The notes under the pieces: generated by a model
What the model saw: only the letters and a program-made list of their open reading frames with translations
Told to the model about the DNA's origin: nothing
Database searches by the model: none
Made by a program: the position numbers and the translations under genes
DNA from: a plasmid
Reading direction: 5' to 3' (one strand)
Sequence record: NZ_CP106961.1
Length of the DNA stretch: 64,000 bases
Shown here: piece by piece, positions 25,917 to 37,840 of the stretch
Position numbering within the stretch: the stretch's first letter is position 1
Layout: each line of letters opens with the position of its first letter

Positions 25917-27209
25917 ATGGCTTCTTTAAAGATAAAATATGCTGCAATAATTATCAGCAGCCTCATAGCAGGAGGGCTGATATCGGTTACTGCCTGGCAG
26001 TATGTAAACTCATCACAAAAAACAGTACAAACCGAACAAAAGGCACCGGAGCGAAAGGTACTTTTCTGGTATGACCCGATGAAACCGGATACCAAATTTG
26101 ATAAACCCGGAAAATCTCCCTTTATGGATATGGACCTGGTGCCAAAATATGCTGATGAAAGCGGCGATAAAAGCAGTGGCGGGATCCGTATCGATCCAAC
26201 GCAGGTTCAGAATCTGGGATTAAAAACGCAAAAAGTCACGCGAGGAATGCTGAATTATTCTCAGACAATCCCGGCTAATGTCAGTTACAACGAGTATCAG
26301 TTTGTCATTGTGCAGGCGCGCTCTGACGGTTTCGTCGAAAAAGTGTATCCCCTGACGATTGGCGATCATGTGAAGAAAGGCACTCCGCTTATCGATATCA
26401 CCATTCCTGAATGGGTTGAGGCACAAAGTGAGTTCCTGCTGTTATCCGGTACAGGCGGTACGTCAACCCAGATAAAAGGGGTTCTGGAGCGACTTCGTCT
26501 GGCTGGTATGCCGGAAGAGGATATTCAAAGGCTGCGTTCAACCCGCACAATCCAGACCCGTTTTACCATTAAAGCACCTATTGATGGTGTCATTACTGCG
26601 TTTGACCTGCGCACCGGAATGAATATTTCGAAAGATAAAGTAGTGGCTCAGATTCAGGGGATGGACCCGGTCTGGATCAGCGCTGCAGTGCCAGAATCTA
26701 TCGCATATCTGCTGAAAGATACGTCGCAGTTTGAAATTTCGGTACCGGCTTATCCGGATAAAACATTCCATGTCGAAAAATGGAACATTCTTCCCAGCGT
26801 GGATCAGACAACCCGTACGCTTCAGGTCCGTCTCCAGGTTTCTAATAAGGATGAGTTTCTCAAGCCGGGCATGAATGCCTATCTGAAACTGAATACCAGG
26901 AGCCAGGAGATGCTGCTGATACCAAGCCAGGCCGTTATCGATACCGGCAAAGAACAGCGCGTGATTACTGTTGATGATGAAGGCAAGTTTGTGCCGAAAC
27001 AGATCCACGTTCTGCATGAATCACAGCAACAGTCCGGCATTGGCTCCGGCCTGAATGAAGGCGATACCGTGGTGGTCAGTGGCCTGTTCCTCATTGACTC
27101 CGAAGCCAATATTACGGGCGCGCTGGAACGTATGCGCCACCCTGAAAAAACAGAAAACAGTATGCCAGCAATGTCTGAGCAGCCTGTAAATATGCATTCA
27201 GGGCACTGA
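25917..27209 (+). CDS. silB: Membrane fusion protein SilB (CusB-like)
   Basis: The 430-aa product is an HlyD-family RND adaptor with a Met-rich N-terminus. Confidence 0.9.
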   Translation: MASLKIKYAAIIISSLIAGGLISVTAWQYVNSSQKTVQTEQKAPERKVLFWYDPMKPDTKFDKPGKSPFMDMDLVPKYADESGDKSSGGIRIDPTQVQNLGLKTQKVTRGMLNYSQTIPANVSYNEYQFVIVQARSDGFVEKVYPLTIGDHVKKGTPLIDITIPEWVEAQSEFLLLSGTGGTSTQIKGVLERLRLAGMPEEDIQRLRSTRTIQTRFTIKAPIDGVITAFDLRTGMNISKDKVVAQIQGMDPVWISAAVPESIAYLLKDTSQFEISVPAYPDKTFHVEKWNILPSVDQTTRTLQVRLQVSNKDEFLKPGMNAYLKLNTRSQEMLLIPSQAVIDTGKEQRVITVDDEGKFVPKQIHVLHESQQQSGIGSGLNEGDTVVVSGLFLIDSEANITGALERMRHPEKTENSMPAMSEQPVNMHSGH

Positions 27210-27219
27210 GGAGACGACG

Positions 27220-30200
27220 ATGATTGAATGGATTATCCGGCGCTCTGTCGCCAACCGTTTCCTGGTCATGATGGGCGCACTGTTTCTCAGCATCTGGGGC
27301 ACATGGACGATAATTAACACGCCGGTCGATGCGCTGCCTGACCTGTCAGATGTGCAGGTCATTATTAAAACCAGCTATCCCGGACAGGCCCCGCAGATTG
27401 TAGAAAACCAGGTCACCTATCCGCTTACCACCACCATGCTGTCCGTACCTGGCGCAAAAACCGTGCGTGGCTTTTCACAGTTCGGTGATTCGTATGTGTA
27501 TGTCATTTTTGAAGACGGCACCGATCTGTACTGGGCCCGTTCGCGCGTGCTGGAATACCTGAATCAGGTTCAGGGCAAACTGCCTGCGGGTGTGAGCTCT
27601 GAAATCGGCCCGGACGCCACGGGAGTGGGCTGGATATTTGAATATGCCCTTGTCGATCGCAACGGAAAACACGACCTTTCAGAACTGCGCTCTCTGCAGG
27701 ACTGGTTCCTGAAATTTGAGCTGAAAACCATCCCGAACGTGGCTGAGGTCGCTTCGGTTGGCGGCGTGGTGAAACAGTACCAGATTCAGGTCAATCCGGT
27801 AAAACTGTCCCAGTACGGTATCAGCCTGCCCGAAGTGAAACAGGCACTTGAATCGTCTAACCAGGAGGCCGGTGGCTCATCCGTTGAAATGGCCGAAGCG
27901 GAGTATATGGTCCGTGCCAGCGGTTATCTTCAGAGCATTGATGATTTTAATAACATCGTCCTGAAAACAGGTGAGAACGGCGTGCCGGTTTATCTGCGGG
28001 ATGTTGCCCGCGTGCAGACCGGGCCCGAAATGAGGCGTGGTATTGCCGAGCTGAACGGCCAGGGAGAAGTCGCTGGCGGCGTGGTGATCCTGCGGTCGGG
28101 TAAAAATGCGCGCGACGTTATCACGGCAGTGAGGGATAAACTGGAGACGCTGAAGGCCAGCCTGCCGGAAGGCGTTGAAATCGTGACCACCTACGATCGC
28201 AGCCAGTTAATCGACCGGGCGATTGATAACCTCAGTTCCAAACTTCTGGAAGAGTTTATCGTGGTGGCCATCGTCTGTGCTCTGTTCCTGTGGCACGTAC
28301 GTTCTGCCCTGGTGGCGATTATCTCTCTGCCGCTTGGCCTGTGTATCGCCTTTATCGTCATGCACTTCCAGGGACTGAACGCCAATATCATGTCGCTGGG
28401 AGGGATAGCGATTGCCGTCGGTGCGATGGTGGATGCCGCCATTGTGATGATTGAAAATGCGCACAAACGGCTTGAGGAGTGGGATCATCAGCATCCGGGT
28501 GAGCAGATTGACAACGCCACCCGCTGGAAGGTGATTACCGACGCCTCCGTGGAAGTGGGACCCGCGTTGTTCATTAGCCTGCTGATCATCACCCTGTCCT
28601 TTATTCCTATCTTTACCCTGGAAGGGCAGGAAGGTCGTCTGTTTGGCCCGCTGGCATTCACGAAAACGTACTCCATGGCGGGAGCGGCCGCACTGGCCAT
28701 CATCGTCATTCCTATTCTGATGGGATTCTGGATCCGGGGGAAAATTCCTGCCGAGACAAGTAACCCCCTGAACCGGGTGCTGATCAAAGCGTATCATCCT
28801 TTGCTGCTGCGGGTCCTCCACTGGCCAAAAACAACCCTGCTGGTTGCGGCCTTGTCCATTTTCACGGTTATCTGGCCACTGAGTCAGGTGGGCGGTGAAT
28901 TTCTGCCGAAGATTAACGAGGGCGATCTGCTGTATATGCCGTCGACCTTGCCTGGCGTCTCTCCGGCAGAAGCTGCAGCGCTCCTGCAGACAACAGACAA
29001 GTTAATCAAAAGCGTTCCTGAAGTGGCTTCTGTATTTGGCAAGACCGGTAAAGCAGAGACCGCAACGGATTCCGCGCCGCTCGAAATGGTGGAAACCACG
29101 ATCCAGCTCAAACCTGAGGATCAGTGGCGTCCCGGCATGACAATTGACAAGATTATTGATGAACTCGACAGGACAGTCCGTTTACCGGGTCTGGCAAACC
29201 TCTGGGTGCCGCCTATCCGTAACCGTATTGATATGCTCTCAACCGGGATCAAAAGCCCGATAGGTATCAAAGTGTCCGGGACTGTTCTGTCCGATATCGA
29301 CGCGACGGCGCAGAGTATCGAGGCGGTAACCAAAACGGTACCGGGTGTGGTGTCTGTCCTGGCTGAGCGACTGGAAGGTGGACGTTACATTGATGTGGAC
29401 ATTAACCGGGAAAAAGCTTCCCGGTACGGGATGACAGTAGGTGATGTCCAGCTGTTCGTCTCATCAGCCATCGGCGGTGCGACGGTAGGGGAAACGGTGG
29501 AAGGCGTGGCCCGGTACCCTATTAACATTCGTTACCCACAGGATTACCGCAACAGTCCGCAGGCGCTGAAACAGATGCCGATCCTGACCCCGATGAAGCA
29601 GCAGATCACACTGGGCGATGTCGCGGATATTAAAGTCGTTTCTGGACCAACCATGCTGAAAACCGAAAATGCCCGGCCAGCCAGCTGGATTTATGTTGAT
29701 GCCCGCGGCAGGGACATGGTGTCGGTGGTTAACGACATTAAGACGGCCATCAGCGAGAAAGTGAAACTGAGACCGGGAACCAGTGTGGCATTCTCCGGAC
29801 AGTTTGAACTGCTTGAGCATGCCAACAAGAAACTGAAGCTGATGGTGCCGATGACGGTGATGATCATTTTCATCCTGTTGTATCTGGCATTCCGCCGGGT
29901 TGACGAAGCCCTGCTGATCCTGATGAGCCTGCCGTTCGCCCTGGTTGGCGGAATATGGTTCCTGTACTGGCAGGGCTTCCATATGTCAGTGGCGACCGGA
30001 ACCGGGTTTATCGCCCTGGCCGGGGTGGCAGCAGAGTTTGGCGTGGTCATGCTGATGTATCTGCGTCATGCCATTGAAGCGCACCCGGAATTGTCCCGTA
30101 AAGAGACGTTCACACCGGAAGGTCTTGATGAAGCCCTCTATCATGGTGCCGTACTGCGTGTCCGGCCGAAAGCCATGACCGTGGCGGTGATCATTGCGGG

Positions 30201-30366
30201 TCTGCTGCCAATACTCTGGGGAACCGGCGCAGGTTCAGAAGTCATGAGCCGTATTGCTGCGCCAATGATTGGTGGGATGATCACGGCTCCGCTGCTGTCC
30301 CTGTTCATTATTCCTGCCGCCTACAAATTAATCTGGCTGCGCAGACATAAAAAAAGCGTGTCATAA
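27220..30366 (+). CDS. silA: RND efflux pump SilA (CusA-like, HME family)
   Basis: The 1048-aa product has 12 transmembrane segments and is colinear with CusA. Confidence 0.95.
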   Translation: MIEWIIRRSVANRFLVMMGALFLSIWGTWTIINTPVDALPDLSDVQVIIKTSYPGQAPQIVENQVTYPLTTTMLSVPGAKTVRGFSQFGDSYVYVIFEDGTDLYWARSRVLEYLNQVQGKLPAGVSSEIGPDATGVGWIFEYALVDRNGKHDLSELRSLQDWFLKFELKTIPNVAEVASVGGVVKQYQIQVNPVKLSQYGISLPEVKQALESSNQEAGGSSVEMAEAEYMVRASGYLQSIDDFNNIVLKTGENGVPVYLRDVARVQTGPEMRRGIAELNGQGEVAGGVVILRSGKNARDVITAVRDKLETLKASLPEGVEIVTTYDRSQLIDRAIDNLSSKLLEEFIVVAIVCALFLWHVRSALVAIISLPLGLCIAFIVMHFQGLNANIMSLGGIAIAVGAMVDAAIVMIENAHKRLEEWDHQHPGEQIDNATRWKVITDASVEVGPALFISLLIITLSFIPIFTLEGQEGRLFGPLAFTKTYSMAGAAALAIIVIPILMGFWIRGKIPAETSNPLNRVLIKAYHPLLLRVLHWPKTTLLVAALSIFTVIWPLSQVGGEFLPKINEGDLLYMPSTLPGVSPAEAAALLQTTDKLIKSVPEVASVFGKTGKAETATDSAPLEMVETTIQLKPEDQWRPGMTIDKIIDELDRTVRLPGLANLWVPPIRNRIDMLSTGIKSPIGIKVSGTVLSDIDATAQSIEAVTKTVPGVVSVLAERLEGGRYIDVDINREKASRYGMTVGDVQLFVSSAIGGATVGETVEGVARYPINIRYPQDYRNSPQALKQMPILTPMKQQITLGDVADIKVVSGPTMLKTENARPASWIYVDARGRDMVSVVNDIKTAISEKVKLRPGTSVAFSGQFELLEHANKKLKLMVPMTVMIIFILLYLAFRRVDEALLILMSLPFALVGGIWFLYWQGFHMSVATGTGFIALAGVAAEFGVVMLMYLRHAIEAHPELSRKETFTPEGLDEALYHGAVLRVRPKAMTVAVIIAGLLPILWGTGAGSEVMSRIAAPMIGGMITAPLLSLFIIPAAYKLIWLRRHKKSVS

Positions 30367-30446
30367 CCCTGAAAGGGCGCCCCCAGTGGGCGTCCTTCTG
30401 CACTGATTCACCCTGACGTCAGGGTTTATATCGATAATATACAGAG

Positions 30447-30893
30447 GTGAGTATGAAAAAAGTGGTTCTAATGGCCCTGGCTCTCGGCCTGTCACTGCCT
30501 GCAATGGCGAGTGAAAAAGTCATTGATATGTACAAATCTGAAAACTGTGGCTGTTGTTCCCTGTGGGGCAAAGCGATGGAAAAAGACGGGTTCGAAGTGC
30601 GAACTCACGTCATGAATGATCAGGCGCTGTCAGCCCTGAAAGAAAAGCATGCTGTTCCTGCTGGACTACGAAGTTGTCATACCGCGGTTGTAGGTAATTT
30701 GATCATTGAAGGCCATGTGCCTGCGGCAACGATACATAAGGCCATGCAGTCTGGTTCGGGTATATACGGTCTCGCCACCCCCGGTATGCCAGCAGGAAGT
30801 CCGGGAATGGAGATGGGGGCCCGAAAAGAGGCTTACGATGTTATCGCATTCTCACCGGAGGGCAGTAAAAAAGTCTTCCAGCGAATCGAATAG
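30447..30893 (+). CDS. DUF411-domain periplasmic protein (CopG-like) between silA and silP
   Basis: The product has a signal peptide, a CxCC motif (SENCGCCSLWG) and an MxM-rich C-terminus. Confidence 0.8.
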   Translation: MSMKKVVLMALALGLSLPAMASEKVIDMYKSENCGCCSLWGKAMEKDGFEVRTHVMNDQALSALKEKHAVPAGLRSCHTAVVGNLIIEGHVPAATIHKAMQSGSGIYGLATPGMPAGSPGMEMGARKEAYDVIAFSPEGSKKVFQRIE

Positions 30894-30990
30894 TCAGCGG
30901 AACGGCTGATAACGGGACGCCGGCAGCAGGCACTCTTATGCCGGCGGCATTCGTGGTAATCGCATCCATGACATATCCTGAAGACAGAAA

Positions 30991-33462
30991 ATGCTTCAGA
31001 TATGCATAAGGAGAGTTACTGTGAAAAATGACAATGCAGTGGAACATAACAACCAGACTGCTTCTGAGCAGACATCATCCCCGGACGAGAGTCACGCATT
31101 GCATAAGGTGAGAGATCCCGTGTGCGGGATGGTCATCCTGCCTGACAAGGCGCACAGCAGCATTCGATACCAGGACCATCAGCTTTATTTCTGCTCCGCC
31201 AGCTGTGAGAGCAAATTTAAAGCCCATCCCGATCATTATTTTACCGAAGATGCCAGTGAACATCACCATCACCACGACCACCATGAAGTCAGCCCTGATA
31301 AGATAAAACAGTCTCACCGCCAGGCGGAGAAAGAGATTTCTGAAGGTGTGTGGACATGTCCGATGCATCCGGAGATACGCCGTAGTGGTCCCGGAAGCTG
31401 TCCTGTCTGTGGAATGGCACTGGAGCCGCTCGTAGCTACGGCATCCACGGGGACGAGTGATGAACTTCGCGACATGACAAGACGCTTCTGGCTGGGGTTG
31501 TTGCTGGCGTTTCCGGTTCTGGTACTCGAAATGGGATCTCATCTGTTTCCCGACTTGAGGAATACAGTACCGCCACAGTACAACACATGGCTGCAGCTGC
31601 TTCTGGCCTCCCCTGTCGTGTTGTGGTGTGGCTGGCCATTCTTCGCCCGGGCCGTAATGTCGTTACGTAACCGCTCCCTGAATATGTTTACCCTTGTTGC
31701 AATGGGGACCGGCGTAGCCTGGGTTTACAGCGTCATTGCAACCGTCTTCCCCTCCTGGTTTCCTGCATCGTTCAGAAACATGGATGGCCTGGTGGCCGTT
31801 TATTTTGAAGCCGCAGCAGTTATTACGGTGCTTGTTCTGCTGGGACAGGTTCTTGAGCTGCGGGCACGGGAACAAACCTCAGGCGCCATTACTGCGCTTC
31901 TGAACCTTGCCCCCAAAACCGCCAGACGGCTGGATCATGACGGTCATGAAACGGATATTAATGCGGAAGATGTCCTGCCTGGCGATAAGCTCCGCATCAG
32001 ACCTGGAGAGAGTATTCCGGTCGACGGTATCGTGATCGAAGGCAAAACAACCGTTGATGAATCGATGGTGACCGGGGAGTCTATGCCGGTTACCAAAACG
32101 AAGGGTGACCCTGTCATTGGGGGGACGATTAATCAGACAGGTAGTCTTATCATCCGTGCAGAGAAAGTCGGTGATGAAACGATGCTCTCACGAATTGTTC
32201 AAATGGTCGCTGATGCACAGCGTTCGCGTGCCCCCATCCAGAGAATGGCTGACAGCGTTTCAGGCTGGTTTGTTCCTCTGGTGATACTTATCGCGGTTGT
32301 TGCTTTCGTGATCTGGTCTGTCTGGGGGCCCGAGCCCAGGATGGCGCACGGTCTGATTGCGGCTGTGTCGGTCCTGATTATTGCCTGCCCCTGCGCACTG
32401 GGGCTGGCCACACCGATGTCGATAATGGTGGGGGTAGGCAAAGGAGCCCAGGCCGGGGTGTTAATCAGGAATGCCGAAGCCCTTGAACGTCTTGAAAAAG
32501 TGGACACGCTGGTTGTCGACAAAACAGGCACGCTCACGGAAGGTTCGCCTACGGTGACAGGGATTATCAGTCTCAATCCGGGTGGGGAAACATCTCTTTT
32601 ACGTGTAGCGGCCGCAGTGGAAAAAGGCTCGCAGCATCCGCTGGGTATGGCTGTAGTCCGGGCAGCCCAGCACAGGGGGATCATGATACCCGCAGTCAGT
32701 GATTTCAATGCTCCGTCGGGGAAAGGTGTTTCAGGCGATGTTGAAGGTCAACGGGTTGTTATTGGTAATGAACTGGCTATGCAGGAAAACAGTATCGTTA
32801 TTGATAATCAAAAGGCCGTTGCGGATACGTTGCGGATGGAAGGCGCTACCGTTATCTATGTGGCCACAGATGGGTACCTTGCAGGCCTGATAGCTATCTC
32901 GGATCCCGTGAAAGCAACCACGCCGGATGCGCTTAAAGCTTTGCGTCAGGCGGGGATCCGCATTGTTATGCTCACCGGGGATAACCAGCTTACTGCTGAA
33001 GCAGTCGCACGGAAACTGGGAATAGATGAGGTTGAAGCCGGGGTTCTGCCTGACGGCAAAAAAGCAGTGATAACCCGACTGAAAGCGTCTGGTCATGTGG
33101 TTGCGATGGCGGGGGACGGTGTAAATGATGCCCCGGCGCTGGCAGCGGCTGACGTGGGCATAGCTATGGGAACGGGTACAGATGTGGCAATTGAAAGTGC
33201 CGGAGTCACCCTTCTCAAAGGCGACTTGATGATACTGAACAGGGCCCGTCATCTGTCAGAGATCACCATGAAAAATATCCGACAGAATCTGTTTTTTGCA
33301 TTTATCTACAACGCACTTGGCGTGCCTGTGGCTGCAGGTCTGCTTTATCCTGTGTATGGAATACTGCTGTCGCCAGTTATTGCGGCGGCGGCCATGGCTC
33401 TTTCCTCCGTCAGCGTCATTGTGAATGCGTTGCGTCTGAAAAGTGTCAGGCTCGGGAAATAA
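30991..33462 (+). CDS. silP: P1B-1-type ATPase SilP (Ag+/Cu+ exporter); exact start uncertain (possible GTG at 31021)
   Basis: The product has a His-rich N-terminus, CPC ([12 protein letters not shown]), [17 protein letters not shown] and a TRASH-like CGM..C domain. Confidence 0.9.
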   Translation: MLQICIRRVTVKNDNAVEHNNQTASEQTSSPDESHALHKVRDPVCGMVILPDKAHSSIRYQDHQLYFCSASCESKFKAHPDHYFTEDASEHHHHHDHHEVSPDKIKQSHRQAEKEISEGVWTCPMHPEIRRSGPGSCPVCGMALEPLVATASTGTSDELRDMTRRFWLGLLLAFPVLVLEMGSHLFPDLRNTVPPQYNTWLQLLLASPVVLWCGWPFFARAVMSLRNRSLNMFTLVAMGTGVAWVYSVIATVFPSWFPASFRNMDGLVAVYFEAAAVITVLVLLGQVLELRAREQTSGAITALLNLAPKTARRLDHDGHETDINAEDVLPGDKLRIRPGESIPVDGIVIEGKTTVDESMVTGESMPVTKTKGDPVIGGTINQTGSLIIRAEKVGDETMLSRIVQMVADAQRSRAPIQRMADSVSGWFVPLVILIAVVAFVIWSVWGPEPRMAHGLIAAVSVLIIACPCALGLATPMSIMVGVGKGAQAGVLIRNAEALERLEKVDTLVVDKTGTLTEGSPTVTGIISLNPGGETSLLRVAAAVEKGSQHPLGMAVVRAAQHRGIMIPAVSDFNAPSGKGVSGDVEGQRVVIGNELAMQENSIVIDNQKAVADTLRMEGATVIYVATDGYLAGLIAISDPVKATTPDALKALRQAGIRIVMLTGDNQLTAEAVARKLGIDEVEAGVLPDGKKAVITRLKASGHVVAMAGDGVNDAPALAAADVGIAMGTGTDVAIESAGVTLLKGDLMILNRARHLSEITMKNIRQNLFFAFIYNALGVPVAAGLLYPVYGILLSPVIAAAAMALSSVSVIVNALRLKSVRLGK

Positions 33463-33502
33463 CACTGAGTGAAGGGTCAGTTACGAACAGAAGGAGTCCA
33501 GT

Positions 33503-33700
33503 ATGAAAAGTACCACCTATGCGCTTATTGCTGTCGCCGCGATCGCGGCATTTGCCCTCCTGCGCGAACACTGGTCACATGTGGCAGGTTACTGGCCATA
33601 TCTGTTATTGCTGGTCTGCCCGCTAATGCATCTTTTCCACGGCCACGGAGGGCATGGAGATCATCAACATCACGGAAGTGAAAACGATAAAAAAAATTAA
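33503..33700 (+). CDS. Small membrane protein with His-rich C-terminus (DUF2933-like)
   Basis: The 65-aa product has two transmembrane segments and ends HGHGGHGDHQHHGSENDKKN. An AGGAG ribosome-binding site precedes it. Confidence 0.6.
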   Translation: MKSTTYALIAVAAIAAFALLREHWSHVAGYWPYLLLLVCPLMHLFHGHGGHGDHQHHGSENDKKN

Positions 33701-33733
33701 TCCGGCAGACGGGGCCGCGTCGCGGTCCCGTTA

Positions 33734-34458
33734 TCAGTCCAGGTATCGTTCGTAGTCTCTGACATGCGCAAAGGCATGCTGTTCGAGTTTGTTATCAGCG
33801 GGTGCCGCTGCCCGGAACGCCAGAGAGTTAACAGGGTTGTTATTGATGACCAGCTCGTAATGCAGATGAGGACCGGATGAACGTCCGCTGTTACCGGATA
33901 ACGCAATAGCGTCTCCCCGGGTAACCCTGGCCCCTTTAGTAACGAGTATTTTATTGAGGTGGAGATAGCGAGTTTTAACACCGGCTTTTCCCGTTACTTC
34001 AACAAAATATCCCATGGTACTGTTGTATTCGGCCCGGGTGATTTTTCCGTCGATGACGCTGACTATTTTCGTGTTCATGGGCATGGAATAATCAATGCCA
34101 TTATGGGGACTCACTTTTCCCGATACCGGGTTAAGTCTTGCAGGATTGAAAGGCGAACTGAGTCTTGCTGTGGCCGGTAACGGATAATCGAGACTGCCTT
34201 TCCCGGAAGTATCGGAAAGGTTATAGAACTTTTTATCTGATATACGATACGCCGTGTAATTAAATGAACCGGACGTAAATTTATAGGCCACGACACGTGA
34301 TTTTCCCGCTTTCTTTTGCAGTACGAGTTTTAATGATTCATTTTTTTTCAAATGCCGCAGATTAAACCGGGAAGGCAAGGAGCGCTGAAGAGTAGCGATC
34401 TCGTTCGATTCCAGCCCCGAGCGGGTGGCTGAAAGGTAGGCATTTTCTTTTACGACAT
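33734..34458 (-). pseudogene. M23-family (LytM-type) metallopeptidase gene, 3' part; 5' end displaced by the IS1 composite insertion
   Basis: The C-terminus ...RGDAIALSGNSGRSSGPHLHYELVINNNPVN carries the HxH M23 motif. The frame runs open up to the IS1 inverted repeat at 34459 and resumes after the duplicated target site at 42040-42075. Confidence 0.7.
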
Positions 34459-34514
34459 CGGTAATGCTGCCAACTTACTGATTTAGTGTATGATGGTGAT
34501 TTTAAGGTGCTTGC

Positions 34515-34790
34515 GTGGCTTCCATTTCCATCAGATGTCCTTCCTGCTCCGCTACTGAAGGCGTGGTGCGTAACGGCAAAAGCACTGCCGGACATCAGCG
34601 CTATCTCTGCTCTCATTGCCGTAAAACATGGCAACTACAGTTCACTTACACCGCCTCTCAGCCCGGTACGCACCAGAAAATCATTGATATGGCCATGAAT
34701 GGCGTCGGATGTCGCGCCAGTGCACGCATTATGGGCGTTGGCCTCAACACGGTTTTACGTCACTTAAAAAACTCAGGCCGCAGTCGGTAA
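34515..34790 (+). CDS. insA: IS1 InsA
   Basis: The 91-aa product [91 protein letters not shown] is IS1 InsA. Confidence 0.9.
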   Translation: MASISIRCPSCSATEGVVRNGKSTAGHQRYLCSHCRKTWQLQFTYTASQPGTHQKIIDMAMNGVGCRASARIMGVGLNTVLRHLKNSGRSR

Positions 34791-35110
34791 CCTGGCGCAT
34801 ACAACCGGGCAGTGATGTGATTGTCTGCGCTGAAATGGACGAACAGTGGGGCTACGTCGGTGCTAAATCACGTCAGCGCTGGTTATTTTACGCATATGAC
34901 AGGATACGGAGGACGGTTGTGGCGCACGTCTTCGGTGAACGCACTCTGGCCACACTGGAGCGTCTTCTGAGCCTGCTGTCGGCCTTTGAGGTCGTGGTAT
35001 GGATGACGGATGGCTGGCCGCTGTATGAATCACGCCTGAAGGGAAAGCTGCGTCTCCGTAGCACGTTATCAGCAAGCGTTACACTCAGCGCATTGAGCGA
35101 CATAACCTGA
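34709..35110 (+). pseudogene. insB: IS1 insB, frameshifted by a small insertion
   Basis: The sequence matches InsB up to ...[10 protein letters not shown]. It then reads [19 protein letters not shown] instead of [15 protein letters not shown]... Confidence 0.8.
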
Positions 35111-35259
35111 ATCTGAGACAACATCTGGCAAGGCTGGGACGGAAGTCACTGTCGTTCTCAAAATCGGTGGAGCTGCATGACAAGGTCATCGGGCATTATC
35201 TGAACATAAAACACTATCAGTAAGTTGGAGTCATTACCGGTTTAGTCTATGAATAAACA

Positions 35260-36066
35260 TTAAATAATGTCTACTTCCACCAGAACCCCAAAGTGATCCG
35301 ATACAACCGGATAAAAATCGTTATTAAAAATCACCTGATGCTGCTTTACCACCATCGGTTGATTACTAAGAACCAAATCAATGCGTAGCGCTTGGCTATT
35401 TTGTTCCCAACCGTCAATATTTTTAATTACAGTAGTTCCGGAGTCTTTTATTTCTGCTATTTCATAACAATCTATCAAACCGCACTGTAATACATAATCA
35501 TAACCTTCATTGCGTATATGGCTTGGGTTGTTGAAATCGCCTAATAGAAAGCTCAACTCTGTTGATAATGTTGCCTTTATTCTGTTGAACTGGTCCTCAA
35601 ATGAGCTCTCTGAGTCACTCCACCAGCCGCAATGACAATTATAAAGATTGAAATCACCTCGTTGAGAAGTGACCTTAATACGCACTGCTCGCCTATGTTT
35701 CCAAAAGTTCACATCATAGTTATCACTTAGGTCAATGACCTCATGCTCGACAATCGGCAGTCGCGTCAAGAATGCCAGTCCCTCTTGATATACGTCATAA
35801 CTTTGATGAACGAAATCCCATGTAAGTTGGTAGTGATAGCCGTATTCCATGAGTTTTTTCTGTAATAAATATCCATAGTTATCAGCGAGCACGGTGTGAT
35901 TAGTTAATATATTGGCATCAACAGCCGAGCTATTTTGATGTTGATTCACTTCCTGTAATGCAACGACATCGCACCCTTGCTCGATAATGGCTTGCGCTAC
36001 CACATCCAACTTTTCTAGTTGTTTCTCTTCTTGCCAACTATGGGTATTTAGCGTCATTAACTTCAT
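35260..36066 (-). CDS. Endonuclease/exonuclease/phosphatase (EEP) family protein
   Basis: The 268-aa product has an N-terminal LQEVN motif and a C-terminal SDH motif typical of the EEP fold. The gene is low-GC. Confidence 0.7.
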   Translation of the reverse strand: MKLMTLNTHSWQEEKQLEKLDVVAQAIIEQGCDVVALQEVNQHQNSSAVDANILTNHTVLADNYGYLLQKKLMEYGYHYQLTWDFVHQSYDVYQEGLAFLTRLPIVEHEVIDLSDNYDVNFWKHRRAVRIKVTSQRGDFNLYNCHCGWWSDSESSFEDQFNRIKATLSTELSFLLGDFNNPSHIRNEGYDYVLQCGLIDCYEIAEIKDSGTTVIKNIDGWEQNSQALRIDLVLSNQPMVVKQHQVIFNNDFYPVVSDHFGVLVEVDII

Positions 36067-36152
36067 TTATTATTCACTTATTCATTGTAGCGAGTTAAAC
36101 GCAGCTCAAGGCTGCGTTTCTCGAGGTTATTTTATCTAGGGTAGAGAATGAA

Positions 36153-37781
36153 TTACGCAGGTTGTGCTGAAAACTTCTCAACTAATCTAGATTTAATGAC
36201 ATCCACTCCTGGACCATAAATAACTTGTACTCCCTGTTCTTTAATTACAGCACCAAGTGCTCCTGTCGGCTTCCATAATGCATATTCAGCAACCAACTGC
36301 GGGTCATTAACTGTAATGCGCAAGCGAGTCATACAAGCATCAATCTCAACAATATTGGCACGGCCACCTAAATTCTGAATAATAATGTCCATCTTCTCAT
36401 CTTCTGACATGGATTCTGAACTTTCATCGAGGTAGTTACCCATACGGCCCGGTGTTGGCAATTTAAATTTGACAATGAGCACACGGAATAATCCATAGTT
36501 AACACCAAAGAAAACAATAGAAACCAATGCGAAGCGAACCAAATCACCACCGATTCCCGCTGAAACCATCATAGGTATACGAGTGAGTAACTCAATCAAA
36601 CCAAAGGCATGTATACGTAGGTCCATCACATCGACCAACGCAAATGCAATCCCTGTTAATACCGCATGCGCAACATACAAAACAGGAGCAATAAACATAA
36701 ACATGAATTCAATAGGCTCTGTCACACCGGTTAATAACACAGCAAGACACGCAGATAAAAACATTGGCTTGTATTGTGCGCGCTTATCACTATCAACACA
36801 GTGATACATCGCAAGTCCAATACCAATCAATGAAGACGCTGCGATAATAACTTGGCCCGCTTTAAAACGTGCTGGATGCACCGTATCTAATAGATGTTGG
36901 TAAGTTGTCGGATCGCTTAATTTAAGATTATTTAAATCGCTAACCCAAGCAAGCCATAGTGGATCTTGACCATAAACACTTGCCCCCGCATTCACCCCTG
37001 TTAAAAGCTCATAAGTACCACCCAACTCGGTGTAATTCATTGGAATAGTTAAAGTGTGGTGTAAACCAAATGGCAGTAATAAGCGCTCTAACGTACCATA
37101 CAAGAAAGGAGCAGTGATCGGCGCAGTGTCTTTAGAGGTTGCAATCCATTGACCAAAATCATTAAGCGCACCTTGAATTAAAGGCCATACGATTGATAAA
37201 GCAAACGCAATAATCATCGAATAGAAAATAACAACAAAAGGTACAAAACGCTTACCGTTGAAAAATGCTAATGCCTGAGGTAAGCGAGCGAAGTCATGAT
37301 AACGGTTAAATAAGTTGGCACCTAAATAGCCAGACATAATACCGATAAACACACCCATATTTAGAGCAGGAGCACCCAAAATATTAGTGAAGAATTGAGA
37401 GACAGGTAGCTCAGAACCAAATAGGCTCATCACAACCGCCTCGGGATCACTGAGCATAGCGTTATCCACGCCTAATATAACCCCAGTGATACGGTTAATT
37501 AAGATGAAGGCGATCAGCGCGGCAAATGCTCCTCCTGCACGTTCTTTAGCCCATGATCCACCAATAGCGACAGCAAATAATAGGTGAAGATTAACTATGA
37601 TCCCCCAGCCTATGTTTTCCATAATAGCGCCTAGTGTTTCAATGGCACCAATACCACCAGCATACATTGCGACAACTTTACCGAGTGATATCATGATACC
37701 AGCGGCTGGCATCACCGCGATAACAACGATAAGGGATTTCCCAAATCGTTGCCAAAAATCAAAAGATAGTAACTGACTCAT
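36153..37781 (-). CDS. PTS glucose-family EIICB component (alpha-glucoside/trehalose-type specificity likely)
   Basis: The product has an EIIC membrane domain followed by a C-terminal EIIB with the NIVEIDACMTRLRITV phospho-Cys signature. Confidence 0.85.
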   Translation of the reverse strand: MSQLLSFDFWQRFGKSLIVVIAVMPAAGIMISLGKVVAMYAGGIGAIETLGAIMENIGWGIIVNLHLLFAVAIGGSWAKERAGGAFAALIAFILINRITGVILGVDNAMLSDPEAVVMSLFGSELPVSQFFTNILGAPALNMGVFIGIMSGYLGANLFNRYHDFARLPQALAFFNGKRFVPFVVIFYSMIIAFALSIVWPLIQGALNDFGQWIATSKDTAPITAPFLYGTLERLLLPFGLHHTLTIPMNYTELGGTYELLTGVNAGASVYGQDPLWLAWVSDLNNLKLSDPTTYQHLLDTVHPARFKAGQVIIAASSLIGIGLAMYHCVDSDKRAQYKPMFLSACLAVLLTGVTEPIEFMFMFIAPVLYVAHAVLTGIAFALVDVMDLRIHAFGLIELLTRIPMMVSAGIGGDLVRFALVSIVFFGVNYGLFRVLIVKFKLPTPGRMGNYLDESSESMSEDEKMDIIIQNLGGRANIVEIDACMTRLRITVNDPQLVAEYALWKPTGALGAVIKEQGVQVIYGPGVDVIKSRLVEKFSAQPA

Positions 37782-37840
37782 AAATGATTCCTTGGTTTAA
37801 ATGCAGGGTAGCCTTATCAAGGCCCTGCGATAAATATAAT

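Larger units (their letters stand above)
34459..35238 (+). mobile_element. IS1 copy (780 bp; carries an 11-12-bp insertion in insB)
   Basis: Inverted repeats GGTAATGCTGCCAACTTACTGAT...AAGTTGGAGTCATTACC bound the element. insA is intact. Relative to the copy at 40802, the sequence gctgc[gtctccgtagc]acgttatc frameshifts insB. Confidence 0.9.

Noticed and set aside
28207-28821. 204-aa minus-strand ORF inside silA, and others at 28488, 29464 and 29691
   Set aside because: They are antisense to the RND pump gene. The His/Arg-rich composition is a low-complexity translation of the opposite strand.
33959-34180. Plus-strand small ORFs opposite the M23 peptidase gene
   Set aside because: They are antisense overlaps without signals.
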